NCBI RefSeq assembly: GCF_000150275.1
Contig: NW_002060984.1
Location: 21,185-85,184 of the forward strand
Direction: 5' to 3'
Source of the DNA: Trichoplax adhaerens
Taxonomy: Eukaryota; Animalia; Placozoa
DNA length: 64,000 bases
In this document: piece after piece, positions 37,120-60,000 of the stretch
Layout of the letters: each line of letters starts with the position of its first letter
Numbering within the stretch: the first letter of the stretch is position 1
Program-made: the position numbers and the translations under genes
The notes under the pieces: generated by a model
Told to the model about the DNA's origin: nothing
The model's input: only the letters and a program-made list of their open reading frames with translations
Database searches by the model: none

Positions 37120-38889
37120 TTTAGTTGGCATCGTTTGTTTAGTGATTGCATCTACAAGTGTGGCGGTTAATCTACTATGTTCTTCAAGGTGTTTTACTTT
37201 GTACACTATGCTAGCGAAATTGGCATATACATTATACAGTACATTGCATACTCGAATTGGATAATGGCGCACCATGTCGTTGAGTCACGGGGTTTGGAAG
37301 GAATAAATTAATAAATTAATTATTGTGTGACTGAACATGTCTATGTCTAATTGTCTATATATGTGATTTACAACAACATCACAGTGGCATTACGACATCA
37401 CTAGAGCTTTTTTTTTTGGAATGTCTCAGTATCAATGCGATGGATAATCTACTCTGCTATTTTATATTATTTAGTCATATACTGTACCTACTGTAGTAAA
37501 ATCAAGTATCGCAAATCATTCCTAATCAGATTCAATACCGTCATTGGATGCTTTAATCAAAACCATGCCTTAAAATGTAGCTGGTATGAGCAGGCAAACG
37601 TAGGGAAGTTACTAGTAGCATGAAACCATGGACTACTAGATATATCGATGCATGTCGTCATGGCCTAACTAAACGTTCAACATTTTGTAGTCCATGCATG
37701 AAATAGGTAATTTTCCGTTAAGACAAATATATCATTATCCAATCTTGTAAAGAAGCATATAAGAGTATAGTATGATAATTTAATATGAATTTTCTTTTAA
37801 TGGATTATTTTGTGTAGAATGCGTTCCAGCTCATTGAAGTGGAAATTCACTAGTATAACTAATTGCACAAATAGTAAATTATATTATTCACAGATGTAGC
37901 GAACGTCTAATTTTTTGGTGTAACAATGCATCGATTTATCGATTTAAGAAGTGATTTTCAAAAATTATTTGTTTGGAAATAGCGACCATGTCATGTTTTG
38001 CATGGCTGCATGCTCCAAATTCATAATTATTTAATTTGACTAATCTGGTTGGATCCATCTGGTATACCTTCAATAATTAATTATATGCAACAATCTATAC
38101 CAGTACTGTATTGAAGTTTTCCAGGGAAGATTATTGCACTGCAACGTTTCGTGAAAAATGAGTCAAATTTTAAGGACCAATCGTAAAGTGGAACATGGCA
38201 ACTATAAATTTAATCTTGAGATCGGCTCTAATAATTAGTTGTGTGCAATAAAGACATTGTATACAGTGATATTCCGAGATGGGAGTACAATCCTGTCTTA
38301 TCCATAGTTGACAGAAGAGTCCCTGAGAACAGGCCCACTTTTTGAAGTTCCTCAGCCAAAATCTCAATTGGATGAGTAATGGAGTATGCCAGTCGACGTC
38401 TTATTAGTCAGCAGTCCTGTACTGGACCATAAGTGTACCTGTTGGACATCACGCCATCCTCTAATGTCCTCAATGGCCCCCAATCACCCAATGTCCCTTG
38501 AGGGTCGGAGACTATAGTACAGTAAGTGTTTAACTTAATGGAAAATAATTCATTCATGAATGGACATCAGCTGATCAAAAGGAAATGCACGCAGATGAGC
38601 TTATAGAATGGACAGGACAGTATGCAGTCATTCAACAGGTTCAATTTCTGCAGTTCGCTGTGATCGGTAAAGAAGATTGCGATCTTTTTAGACGATCACT
38701 GTTTGCTTTGAATAATATTGATTTAGCACCTGCAATCATTCACTATCACAGCACAAGGAGATTTTGTTGCGGGTTATGGTCATGGTCATCGGTCAAAGCT
38801 AGTGATTAACTTCTAGTACAGTATAATGCCGTTGGTGTGATCATACAGTACTTTGGACTGTAAGTACAGCGGTGCATGGAGCAGAACCA

Positions 38890-39215
38890 TTGCATAGTAA
38901 TGCAGTAAAAAAATGTGCAGTAGTCTATGTCTAGCGTAGTACAGTACTTTACACTGTACTGTACAGTACTTTGTACAACCGGTGGTGTGACATTGCATGC
39001 ACGTGACATGATTATACACAATAATGGCAGGTGATTCGTGGGTACTGTACACCGTACAGTATAGTATTGCAGTAAAAAAGTAAGCTACAGTCCATGTCTA
39101 GAGTACAGTAGCACTTTACACTGTGCAGGACTTACTGTATACTGTACAACCGGTGGTGTGACATTGCATGGCATGTGACATGATTATACACAATAATGAC
39201 AGATGATTCGTGGGT
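38890..39215. repeat. Two-copy ~171-bp direct repeat inside a TACTG/CAGTA-rich tract
   Basis: CAACCGGTGGTGTGACATTGCATG..GTGACATGATTATACACAATAATG.CAG.TGATTCGTGGGTA at 38976 and 39147. Confidence 0.85.
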
Positions 39216-41686
39216 AATGAACACTTTACGTGCAGTACAGTATAGTACAGTACAGTACATTGTACCGCTGGACACTTGCATACTGTACTGTACATACAGA
39301 GTCTGATTATTTTCCATGGCACCCCTTCGTTCAAAAGTCAAAGTTGTATTCCGTTGAAATTCCTGTATGATATTTATACGGTATACTGTACAGTATATAT
39401 CATATACTTGTAGAAGGATATCGCCTCAGATCTATAGAATTGATCTAGTACGGGACTGATTGAACTTGCACAATTCTGTCTTTTCAGGGTGCCATCGAAA
39501 TTAATCAGACTAGACAGTACAATATGAAAGACAAGGAGGCGCGAAGTTGTTTGCATGCTCAACCACGTGATATAACGTTAAGATCAATTAAGCGCTATGC
39601 CATTGGCTAAGCTTATCGCTCTATTTGTTCGTTTCAAGTATGACGAGAGGCAGACAATTAAAGCCAGTTAATGAATGGGAGGATTTTTCACTTAATGTAA
39701 TTGTATTTTAGCAAGTGTAGTGTAATCAACTTCAAGAAAAAAAAATCAGGTGATGTCAAGAATTAGTTGGTTGAACAAGGACTGCGATAGTCAGGCGAGC
39801 TCGTGGCTATGCAGTTTCATCGCAGTATAAGTGAAAATTGCATTATTTGCTACTTCAAGAACGGACGTATCAGGTTATAAAGTAGATCAGTGGTTGCTAT
39901 TCGCCTATCAGTTCTTTCTGCTCTCTACGTGCTCTGGTAGGCATTGAATTGAATTGAATCGCAACGTAACGGATAATTATAATCAATAATTACCAAAAGT
40001 TTTTCACAGCAGTGTGTATTCAAACTACAAAAGCTATAAAATTACGGTGCGATCATTTGCTGTATCCATTTTGATTGAATAACCAAGGCCTTTAGCTATC
40101 GCGGAAGATCAAGGTATGAATGAACATAAAGCATGTGCAACATGTACTGTATATTTCGTAGGTTAATTTCGTACAAAGATTTACTTTTAGACGATGTAGC
40201 GCATACAGTATGTAATGGAAGAATTGAAAGTGGATTTGCAATGGACTACAGTGCACGTAGGCTTGATAGAATTGGAAAATTTCCAGTATTCATTGCTAAT
40301 AGAATGAGAAAGAATTCCTATTCGCTTAATCGATAATCATAGCAAGGATAGTACTGTATAAACTAGTTGGGAGCATGCATGGATTTCATATCTACTGTAG
40401 TGTGAAGATTGCCACAATATTGAATATGCAGTGACAAGTGTTGAAGGCAAAATCATGCCCATCTAGCCTCTTGACTTTGCCCATAGGAATAGTTTTGATG
40501 AATGATTGCTTTGCTAACTGAGAGTTAGAAATGCTTGCCAAAATCGCTGGAAATACGTCAATGCAAATTAGCTTGTAATTATAACTAACTAATGTAAACG
40601 CACGCACATTGCCAGTGAATTTATTTGTGGCAGGGATATCGAAAAGGAAAACTACGCGTTCACCAAGTTAAAATACTTTAAGACTTCCTACAATTTTGTA
40701 TGTTATTGATACTAAACATTAGCTCGATAAAGCAGCATGTTATAAAATGCTCGGCAGTAAAGTATTACCAAACAGCCCGTTTTAATTGACTGTGAGAACT
40801 TGAAAAAAAAAATTGGGATTCCGTTGGGGTGTTACGTCATTAGCACTCATTCATCAAGTCATGCGTTCTCAATCTGCAGTGACTGTATGACATTGTTGCG
40901 ATTCGTTACGATAGTTACGGCTTGGAAATTAAGAAACCATACAGTCGGTGTGCATAAGCAATTTTTCTTTATTTGAATTGATATTCTCTTTATCATAATG
41001 TCTCCTTGGAATTGATCGAGGTTTCTAGAGTGAACAACAACTCCGATGCACTGGAACAGAACAGAAATTACTACCGATTAATAAGAGAAAATGGAATTTG
41101 GATCTTACTTTCAGTTTTTACCTTCATTCAGTACCTAGAATCGCATTATGCATACTGTACTGTATACAGTACAGTACTGTCGTGTACAGTGTACAGTACT
41201 ATACACTCCTTACAGTACATACGATACTGTAAGTCTGGAGCATGACAGAAGCGCTCTACCGTACTGTACTGTACTGGATGTCAGTACGATAGGTAACATG
41301 CAAAGTGTTTACAATTCCTAGAGTAAATTTACTCAACGTCCTACAACTTCAAATGCTCCAAAGCAAATAATTACATTTGTTGTTTTTTTGGTGTGTTGTT
41401 TATGAAAGACGTTTACATATGCATGAAACAGATGTACCAGTAACGTAAATGAATATACATTGCATGTTGAGTTGCTGGTTACAGCTGGAGAATGGACAGA
41501 GTATAAGTTGATCATAGAGGTAAAAGAAAACAGCAATTTTCTTTTACCTTTATGGCCTTGAACCACAGTAGTAAGAAAACGTGCTGGACTGTGTTCTAAT
41601 GAATGATACTACGGGATTATGCTGTGATACATGGTCATTTTATAGTAATACCCTTCACAAACATGATTTTACCGATTTTCTTGCAG

Positions 41687-50528
<8,842 letters not shown>

Positions 50529-52145
50529 TTGAAATACAATTAAGATCCATTTTATTGATATTCAGTATAACTATGAAAGCGTTATTGACATTTTTTACGC
50601 ATATGCTGTGCTGGTTATGCAGCTAAATGGGACCATTAGATCCACTTCAAGATTAGATTATATCCTAGCCCGTAGCTGTGGCCTTATCATGAGGTCTTAT
50701 CAAGGGAACAATACTTGTTTTAAATTATTATTTTATTTCATTAAGGTGTTGCAGGTTGACATAATAGTAATTTAAATTCGGCAATAAACGCCTTAACTGC
50801 ATACGAAATTTATTGTTGCGTTGTACGCGGCAAGGTATGTTACAGTAACATTTTGTTTCATCATTTATGAATGGACACATTAGGAAGCAGTAAGCTATGA
50901 AACTAGATACGCGTAATTAGGTAATCTTGTCGATGTCAATTTGGAATATTTTAACATTTATGAATAGTTTTGATAGTGGCCAAATATAATACGATGTGTT
51001 AAAAGGTGTCTTTAGATGTACGTTGTTGTTTTACGAATTTTGTTGATGTTGCTAAATTGATTTAATAAAAAATGATGAATTAAAACGAAAGCTGTTCATG
51101 AAGGTATTTGTGAGTTGCATGATTGCACGGGATCAACTAACTAAATTCAACGACTATATAACATCTAAACAATGCTGTTTCAGACGTCTTTTCTATCATC
51201 ACTTGAGATTGTGCTATTTTGTAGTTTTTATGTGGATCATTTTCCTATTTTGCGATCAGAATATGCTTTAAATGTACTCATACAGTACAGTTCGGTACCA
51301 ACTCTTGGTTATTTACTGAAATTGGTCGTGCTCAGAGCTCTGTTACTCTACAGAATAATCATGATCACTATCAACGGATCAAGCACTCACAAGACACCGC
51401 ACTAGTATAGCATTTATATGGGTAGATTATCGAGTGCTAGATACTCGAAGATGGCAGACAGTATAATATGGTAATTACTATATACTATTGACTCATGGCT
51501 ACCTCACGTGACGCTTTCTTTTGCATGCATTTTACTTCGATGTTCAAGTTAAGTCGTAAGCCTAACTACTGTACAAGAACTCAATATGATCCCTCGTTAA
51601 CCTTAACCCTATTTAACTCGAGACTATACTGAATATCGCTGGTTAGAGTAGATTTTTGGTAGGCCTATATCAGTAGTGAATCAGTCGGTATCCTGCGGTA
51701 CTGCATATCTATGTATATTGTACAGTAAAAGCAAAATAATATTATTTTAAAAATAGCAGTGATAAGCGCATTCGTTTCCTATAAAGTTGTTCGGAAATTT
51801 CAGTTGTGTAGTGACTTTTAGAATATTGTAAAGTGTTTATATTAGTCTAAGAATGATCGAGAACGCTTATGAGTTTCTGTCGTAATTCAATATAGAGAAA
51901 GGTAAGCGAATAAGCTGTTCAATTTAGTTATATTTAGGCAACTGAAAGTGACATAACTTACATTGATCGGTATAACTAATGGTTCTGATTTTAATCATCT
52001 GATCTTAGTCTCGTATATGCTTGGTAGCGTTGTTCTTTCAGCGATCATACACATTATTGTGGTAGCAAGATAGATTAGCGATTATAGCTTATCATTAACT
52101 CAACTTGGTTGTTCTTTTGGAAGTAGGAACCGTCAATAAGTCATC

Positions 52146-55100
52146 ATGGAGAGTAATCGATCGGATGATACTAGTCAAAGCATTCCGGAAGTCAAGATAA
52201 CGTAAGTCAAAAACATTTGAATGTTGTATGAGAGATGTGGTAAAGATAACTACATCACTAGAATCACGTTGATAGTTAAATTTAAATCCTTTCCTACTGG
52301 AATCAAATAGAAATGACTGCCAAGAATGAGATCGAGTTGATAAATACTATAGCACAACCGTGACCAAGAAACCTCATCAATTGATCATGTTTATGATTAC
52401 TCTATCACTAGAAGATCGTAGATATGGATGTAAAAGGCCCTACGATCGCATACATGATTTACAACTGTTAGATTGACGAATTTTACCGTACAGAAATAGC
52501 GATGAAAGATTCTATGCTTATTGATCGAAATATCTTACCGTAAATAACTGAATTGATCATTCAACTCTAATAATTATAATTTATGTTGATATACATCGAT
52601 CTTTTTGGTTAACGTGCATACATACGAGTATAGATACGATTCATCTTTAAATATAGAAAATACGAGTACTATAATATCTAAAGACTCAGATAGACGTAAT
52701 CATGCTGTATGATTGAAACAAAATTAACATCTATTTTCTGTATAGTGCTAGTAATAGCTGGTTGACTTCAATATGGCGAAATTTTTTGGACTTTTCAAAC
52801 ATGTTTAAAGCTTTTATTGGTACAAATTATATGGGATTACCTTTCGGTATCGCTCAAAGTGGACTTGGGGTAGGTGTATTCCATTGATCAAGATAGCGGA
52901 TATAAAATGGTCAACTGTAGAACAATTCTGAGTGTAGATACACTGATTATTATATTTTATGGTATAGCAGTTAAGACTGTACTTGGCAAAAATGTTTGTT
53001 GTCGTTGTAATGCCTTGTACAATGTACATGGCACTAGCTAGAGGCTTATTTAGTTTAGTCTATAATCTAAGTTGATGAAAGATCGAACAGTTTTGGATGC
53101 ACGCCAATGCCGTATATCTACCTACTAGCTATACGCGTATATATGAGTATTTATGTTGGATTGGCTATAAGAATAATAACATGTTATTTTTATCCGGCAG
53201 TCAGTAGATAAATACGTATACGGTATAACAGTTATCTAGAGCTGTTTGATCTTTTACCAATTTAGACTGTAGACTAATTTATAAGTTAAATTTTCCATTT
53301 TTCACAGATCGACAATGTTGCTATATTGGCCTAGTTGAGAGAGAGTCAGGTTCAGGCCATTATCAGATTGACTAGATAAAAGTAGCATGACTGATCGGTG
53401 AGGGATGGATAAATATACTTTAAAGTAATTCTATAATTTCAATCGACGAAAGGTCGGAGTGCTCTGACAATAATTGATTGTGATGGCTTTTAGTTTTGAA
53501 ACAATTAATATTTGCAATTTTTATAAGCTTAAAACGTTATTTAATGTTGGATGAGTATTAGAAATAATTAACAATATTATTTTACACAACACTGATAAAC
53601 AGTATACCACATATCTACTCTATACGGTAAGCTAGAGTCATTTATGCTAGTACAGTATCAGGTTAATGTTGAGGTACAGTAGTTATCCAATTGACTAAAT
53701 AGAGTATCAGGGTGATTAGTGAATGGTATTAACTGCATTCGTTTAGAAGTGGCCAGTAATTACTTACGAGATACTGCTATCCACATCAATAATGCAATAC
53801 TGATTAATATTTTTAATGATAATAAATTAATTACTCTTCTAGCCTGGATTAGCCATCATGATCATTGTAGCCGTCATCACAGATCACTGCTGCCACTTAA
53901 TTGTTGATTGTAAGAAGATCGTTGTTGATCGATTGGTAACTCGTCGTATAATTAAAAGTAATAATGATACAAACTATCAAAATACCACCGAAATCGTCTC
54001 GGAGCAGTCTGTACGTGAAGAAGTTGAAACCAAGCTAACTTATGGTGATATTGGACTAGAAGCGATGGGTGTATGGGGTTTGAGATTGGTTAATATCGCC
54101 TTGTTAATATCGCAATTTGGGTTTTGCATTAATTACATTATATTTCTTGGTAATACTTTGGGGACGATATTTCCAATTGAAGCAAACTATACTAATACTT
54201 CGGTATATTACCTGCAGGTCAATAAAAACATCATTTTAAACTCTATCGGATATTACAATCGATTGAAAGTGTCTCAATACAGTATATATTTAAAGGTTAT
54301 ATTGACTGTAACAGCATCGCTAATTTATTTATTGGTAACTATTTACTTAATTTTGTAGATTGAAGATCGTAACACAAGTAATAAGAGTCTGTTAATACAT
54401 AATTTGCCTTCTGGTCAATCAACGCAGCCGGCTTTTGTCTTTCTAGCTCTAATACCATTGCCTCTTCTAATTTTGACATCTTACTCACGAAATATTCGAC
54501 AACTTGGATTTTCAAGCGTTGTCGCTAATTCATCTTTAATGGTTGGCTTCATAATGGTATTAGTCTTTATCCTTCGAGGTAAAACTATTATACAACAGCA
54601 TTGGTGATGGATGCTGTCAATATTTACAAATCATCTTTTAAAATGCTTTCCTATCTAACGAATATTGCATTGTTGCTGGCTAGTTATTTCATGGATCTGT
54701 TACATTATTGTTGTTGAACAGATTTTAAGGTTCACTCTGGCATCAAATGGGTTAACTGGGCTACTTCATTTGTATTTTTTGGACAAATGACTGGAGCATA
54801 TGAGGGAATTGGAACAGTAAGATGATGTTTGAATAAATATAACAATCATATTGAGCTATTAATGGTACAAAATATTTGGTTTTAAGTAATGTGGTAGTAC
54901 TAATTGGCTCTTGGCTTTATTATTTAGATAATACCTATTGAATCTAGCATGAAAGGCAATAGGCATCGTTTCGGTTTAATGCTACATCTAGCAATAGGCT
55001 TTATGACTTTATGGTTTATTGCACTTGGTATTTTGGGCTACTTACGTTATGGAAATGACGTTAATCAAATTATTTTAGAAAGTTTACCTCGTAATAATGT

Positions 55101-55731
55101 CATCTATAAGATTGTAACTATTTTTTTATGCGTTGGAGTCGTTTTTACATTCCCGCTACAAGTGTTTGTACCAATTGAAATTCTGGAAGATCCTACTTGT
55201 AAATTTTTCAATAAGTTGTGGAGAAAATGTGTATATACCAGTAGCACTCATCACGATACAATTAGCGATCCTAGTCAACCACTTCTACGTGGTGATCTCG
55301 GTTCATCAAGCCCTACTGCTATCAATAATACAAGTTTATTATGCAGGAACGGAAATTCAGTAAAGGTGAATAATATTATGGTAGTTAAACATTATAAATT
55401 TTATTTCCGTATTAATCTTTCATTATATCCTCTTACTGGAAAACAGGTTACAACATGGCAAAGGAACATTTTTAGAACGATCATCGTTTTGATCATTTTC
55501 GCGATAGGAATTGTTTTTAAGAATGACTATGTTTACTTCTCAAGCCTTATTGGGGCCCTAAGTTCAACGGTAGTGGCCTATATTCTACCGTGTTTATTCC
55601 ATCTTCGACTAAAGTCAGCAGATATATCGTTACCTGTAAAGATTAAAGATAGTCTTTTAATCATCTTTGGCATTGGTGCTGGAACCGTTTCGGTAGTTAT
55701 CAGCATACTTAAAATTGTTAATCAAAATTAA
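52146..55731 (+). CDS. Amino acid transporter, Aa_trans (SLC36/AVT3-like) family, multi-exon
   Basis: Exons encode NMFKAFIGTNYMGLPFGIAQSG, TYGDIGLEAMG, SQFGFCINYIIF, GAYEGIGT|IIPIESSMK, GYLRYG, VFTFPLQ, AYILPCLFHL, with many hydrophobic segments; stop at 55731. Confidence 0.88.
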
Positions 55732-57032
55732 AAGCAATTCCTTGTAAGGATGCTACTATTAGGATAATGACATTCCTATGATCTAATCATAATCACTAGT
55801 TCTATTTTCAATACTTTTAATTCACATTGCTTTCAACTTCCATGTATAGTTGAGATGGTCTAAATTTAGTGGCTCGATTACTGATTAATTAGTAAATACA
55901 AATTTGGTGACGAATCCTGTAATAACTTCCGGATGAGTGATTTAGGGAGTTACATTTTTATATTATTTCGTTAAATGTTACAAAACTGGCAATAATTTTT
56001 ATATAATTGCTGTGATACTGATTATCCTAAAATTTATACTCTACGCATCAGGATTTTACTCAGTTTTTATCATCTAATTTCAAATACTGGTAAAGGCGAT
56101 ACAACTGACACTTTACTCGGTGCAACTCGTGATTTCCTACAATATTGTGAATACAATGTTATTTGTACATTTAAAAAAGCTGAAAACTTGTGTATGCGTC
56201 ATTGGTATTCATATACTTGTATTTGGCCGTTAAATTACTCAAATGATTTATTTTATATATTTGTCAACAATAAATTGTTGCCGTACGGTTAACTATTAAC
56301 GTAATGCCTAGTTCGATATCATAAATGCTATCTGAGTGAGACTACTATATCCGTCGCGTCCTTTCTTGATTATTGTCAATAGTTTGGCATGCTTGATACC
56401 GTACGAGCAGCAAGATAAACATACACAGGTGAAATCAATTGAAAACCAGTCAATTTTACTTTCGTTTGCTATTTTGTTTATTAAGTAATCAAATTAATGT
56501 TAGGCATCGAATATCATGTTTACATGTGGTACCAAATATATAAGTAAATTGTTAGGCATCTGGGTCAAACTTTAAGACAGTTCATTAAAGTGGTATGGAT
56601 AAAATATTTAAAAAAAAAAGTCGTCACACGAATATTATTATACGAGGAATTTTGAGTCGATATCTAAGTTACGCGTTGCTGAATTGATGAGACAACTAGA
56701 ATGCAAGTTCGATTTTTTGTCTTCATGATTAAAACGCTAATTTGTACGATTAATTATTTACCAATAATATTATTCGATTCGCAACAGGCAGAACGAGACA
56801 GCACTGTTTACAAACTTTAAATACTAGATATATCTATTTTTGTCTAGCACGCCCTAATACAATTATCGATACACACTAATTATTGGTGATTTTTACGTTC
56901 TAATGATGATATATACGCGCACGATCATGGATTAGAGCCAATTTTTTTTAAGTGAAATTTGAATAGTTGGATATGTGTAAGTTAATTAGTATGCCATTCA
57001 AAATGTAAAACAAATAATTCGCTCAAAAGTGG

Positions 57033-60000
57033 CTATTGAAATAAAACGTTAACGTTCGCAGCATGCTGTAAATTTGATCTCAATCCTGCTTTCGTAACAT
57101 GTTGAACAACAAATGTTACTTCATCATCATTAAATTCACGTAGTGAAAAGTTCTTAATCATATATACCCTAAGAAAAGATCTACCTACAAAGTTTATATT
57201 TTTTCCATCTTTCAAAAAAATATCAAAAAATTCCGGTTGCGCTGACTCCGTTGCATCATTATCGAGGATAAAGTCCCACATTAAAGTTACGTTTAGTAAT
57301 ATTTGATCTTCGTCAATATCCCAAGAAGTGTCTTTGTATGTAAGGTTAACGATACGGCCAATATCATCTGAGATCACTGAAGGATTAAGTAACTAAATAG
57401 ATTACAAACGTAAAAAGAATTATTTTAACTGTAAATAGACATTCCTCTATGAATTATCGAACGATTGAATAATAAACCAGGTCACTGAATAGAATTCACA
57501 CTAGATATAAACTTACTTTGATTTCACCTAAATCGAGGCAGAAATCTTTTTCCTTTCGCTCTGTATGATTGACTTTCATGATAAAAACATAAGAATTAGC
57601 CTTATCAAATATTAAAAAGATCATGGCCTACGTACAATTGCCTAATGAGGTTGACATACTATTTAATTCTGGTATAATCATCAGTTGTACTTCGCAAATT
57701 GTACAAGAACCACATAATGATTCCGTCAATAAGTAGTGCCTAAATAAAAATGGTGTTATTAAGAAATGGAAGAGGAAATTCTGCAAAGTTATGAGATTTG
57801 AAAGCATTCCTACTCATACTAGTCTAGATATAAATTAAACCTATTTATCCAAGTGGAACGTGGATCTGTCTCTCCAGTATATGTTGCATCAATGATATCA
57901 GTTGATTCATTATTAATAGTTGAAAATGCTAGATAATTTGAAGTGTCGCCCTTGACTTTAAAACCTGAAGGATTAAAACGAGGAGAACAAACCAAACCAT
58001 AGTCCTCCATGCACGCTTCAATTTCTTTTGGCTCACAAACTAGAAAAATAATATATTAAAGGGTATCATTGATGAGAAGATAATAATAACTAAATAATAC
58101 ACCGTGAATAGCAATTTAGTATACCATTTTTAGCTTCTTTTCCTAAGATAATATAAGTCATTGCTGAATCAGTAACAAGTTGCAATGCAATATTGATCGA
58201 GCGCGAAAAATTTTGTGGAATTTTATAGCAACAGGAAATTAAGAGTCCGTCGTTTATTTCGAATTGAGTACGGAACAACCTAATTGGTATAGTGAAAGAG
58301 TTTATTGAGGCTTTATATTTTGAATAGAGGATGGAGTATTTTTAATTTCCTTAAGGCATACCGAAGTACTGCTGCAGAATACTCTAACGATGGTGTGTAT
58401 GATCCATAAATTCGTAGACATTCACCTCCATTGTAAGCATCCAAAGACGAATGAGCAACTGTTGATATTTTAATACTTCCAGCTGTTCCTATGCAATACG
58501 AACGATGGGAATTGGAATAGGATGGCTGTAGCTGTTGTGCACTTAAGTTACTCCACGAAGAATTTTTAGCAATCTAATCAAGGAGTTAAAATTACGATTG
58601 AGAAATATCTACAAATGGAAAAATTACATGGAGCTACCTCAAATTAGAAGAATTTCCAATTTACCTTGCCATTAATGTACATTTTATCACCTCTACCACG
58701 GCAGAATGATGATACTATCGGCAATTCAGTTAGAATACTTGAATTATGACATAGTGAGCTAAGTAAATCCCAAAATCTGTTAAAAATCAAGAAATTACAG
58801 TCTTGGTATTAAAGCATGATTAGTAATACTTGGAACGTGGGTAGGGTTATTAGCAATACTTGTTTTGGTTTTCGATAAAATCTGTTCTTCCAAGACATTC
58901 ATAAACCCAACCAGGTGCAAATAAAGCAGCAGATAAAGAACTCTCTCGAATAACTTCTAACGCCTAATGATTATAATGAAAATTGGATTATTATGTCATA
59001 AAGTTTTTTGATCGTATAAATTTATTTTTCAACGCTATAGAAAATTTAGTTGAACAAGTTCGGGTAGGATGATAAAAACTGAAAAAGTAAGAACGATGGA
59101 ATAGGCGCATTATAACATCCATCTGTAATACTAACATCTCGACTTTTGAAACCACCGCCTTTATAACAACCTCTACCAAAAATATCTATGCCAGCGTAGA
59201 CGTCATGTTTTCGCTCCTGCCCGGCATTCAATACCGACCTTAAGAGATTGCCAGGTTTCCAAACATAGTTTAAAAAAATTCCATCACAGGAATCGAAGAA
59301 AGTTCTGTGTTCAGTAAACCAAAAAAGTATATTGATCAGTGTCAAGTTAAAGCTTTACAGTTGATTAATATCGTCTATTGGATTTTAAGCCTTCAGAATA
59401 GCATTCATTCATTTCTAGTGTTCTCTATTTAAATTTGTTAACCGATGTCAATTATTCTACATCATTCAAAGATGATTTGTTAAAAATCAATATGACGGTA
59501 ATCAGCATTGATTAATACCGTAAACTCTTCTAAAAACGATGATAGAATTGATAAAATAGTTCTCATAATACAGATATTAAGCACCTGTTATACATGTTGA
59601 GTTCATTTTGCCATTTTAGATCGCCAGTATTGGTTACGCTGTCGTACCAAAGTATTTGACCATGTGGTATTTTTTGATGGAGTTTGTTGGTTAATTCTGC
59701 TACAAATTGCACCAATGTCATAATATACTTTTTCTAATAATAAATGGAGAAATGGAGAAGAGAAATTAAAAAGATTTTCTTGTGTCAACATAATCGATCG
59801 TTATTTTGGTGGAGATTGTTGACCTACATCGATTACATCATGTTAATAGAAAGGGGTAGAAATGGCTGACTACTCAGTTAAGTAAAGTAGTATTATAAAA
59901 GTATTGCTTATATTGTTATGGATCGTCGTTGCAAACTAGAACTTGACGTTGCTATTTTGGTGATCAATGGTATAGTTTTATCGTAGAAATTAGGTGCTCA

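Noticed and set aside
38806-39562. Cys/Tyr/Thr/Val-rich ORFs (also 41006-41245 and 62438-62713)
   Set aside because: Artefacts of TACTG/CAGTA low-complexity sequence.
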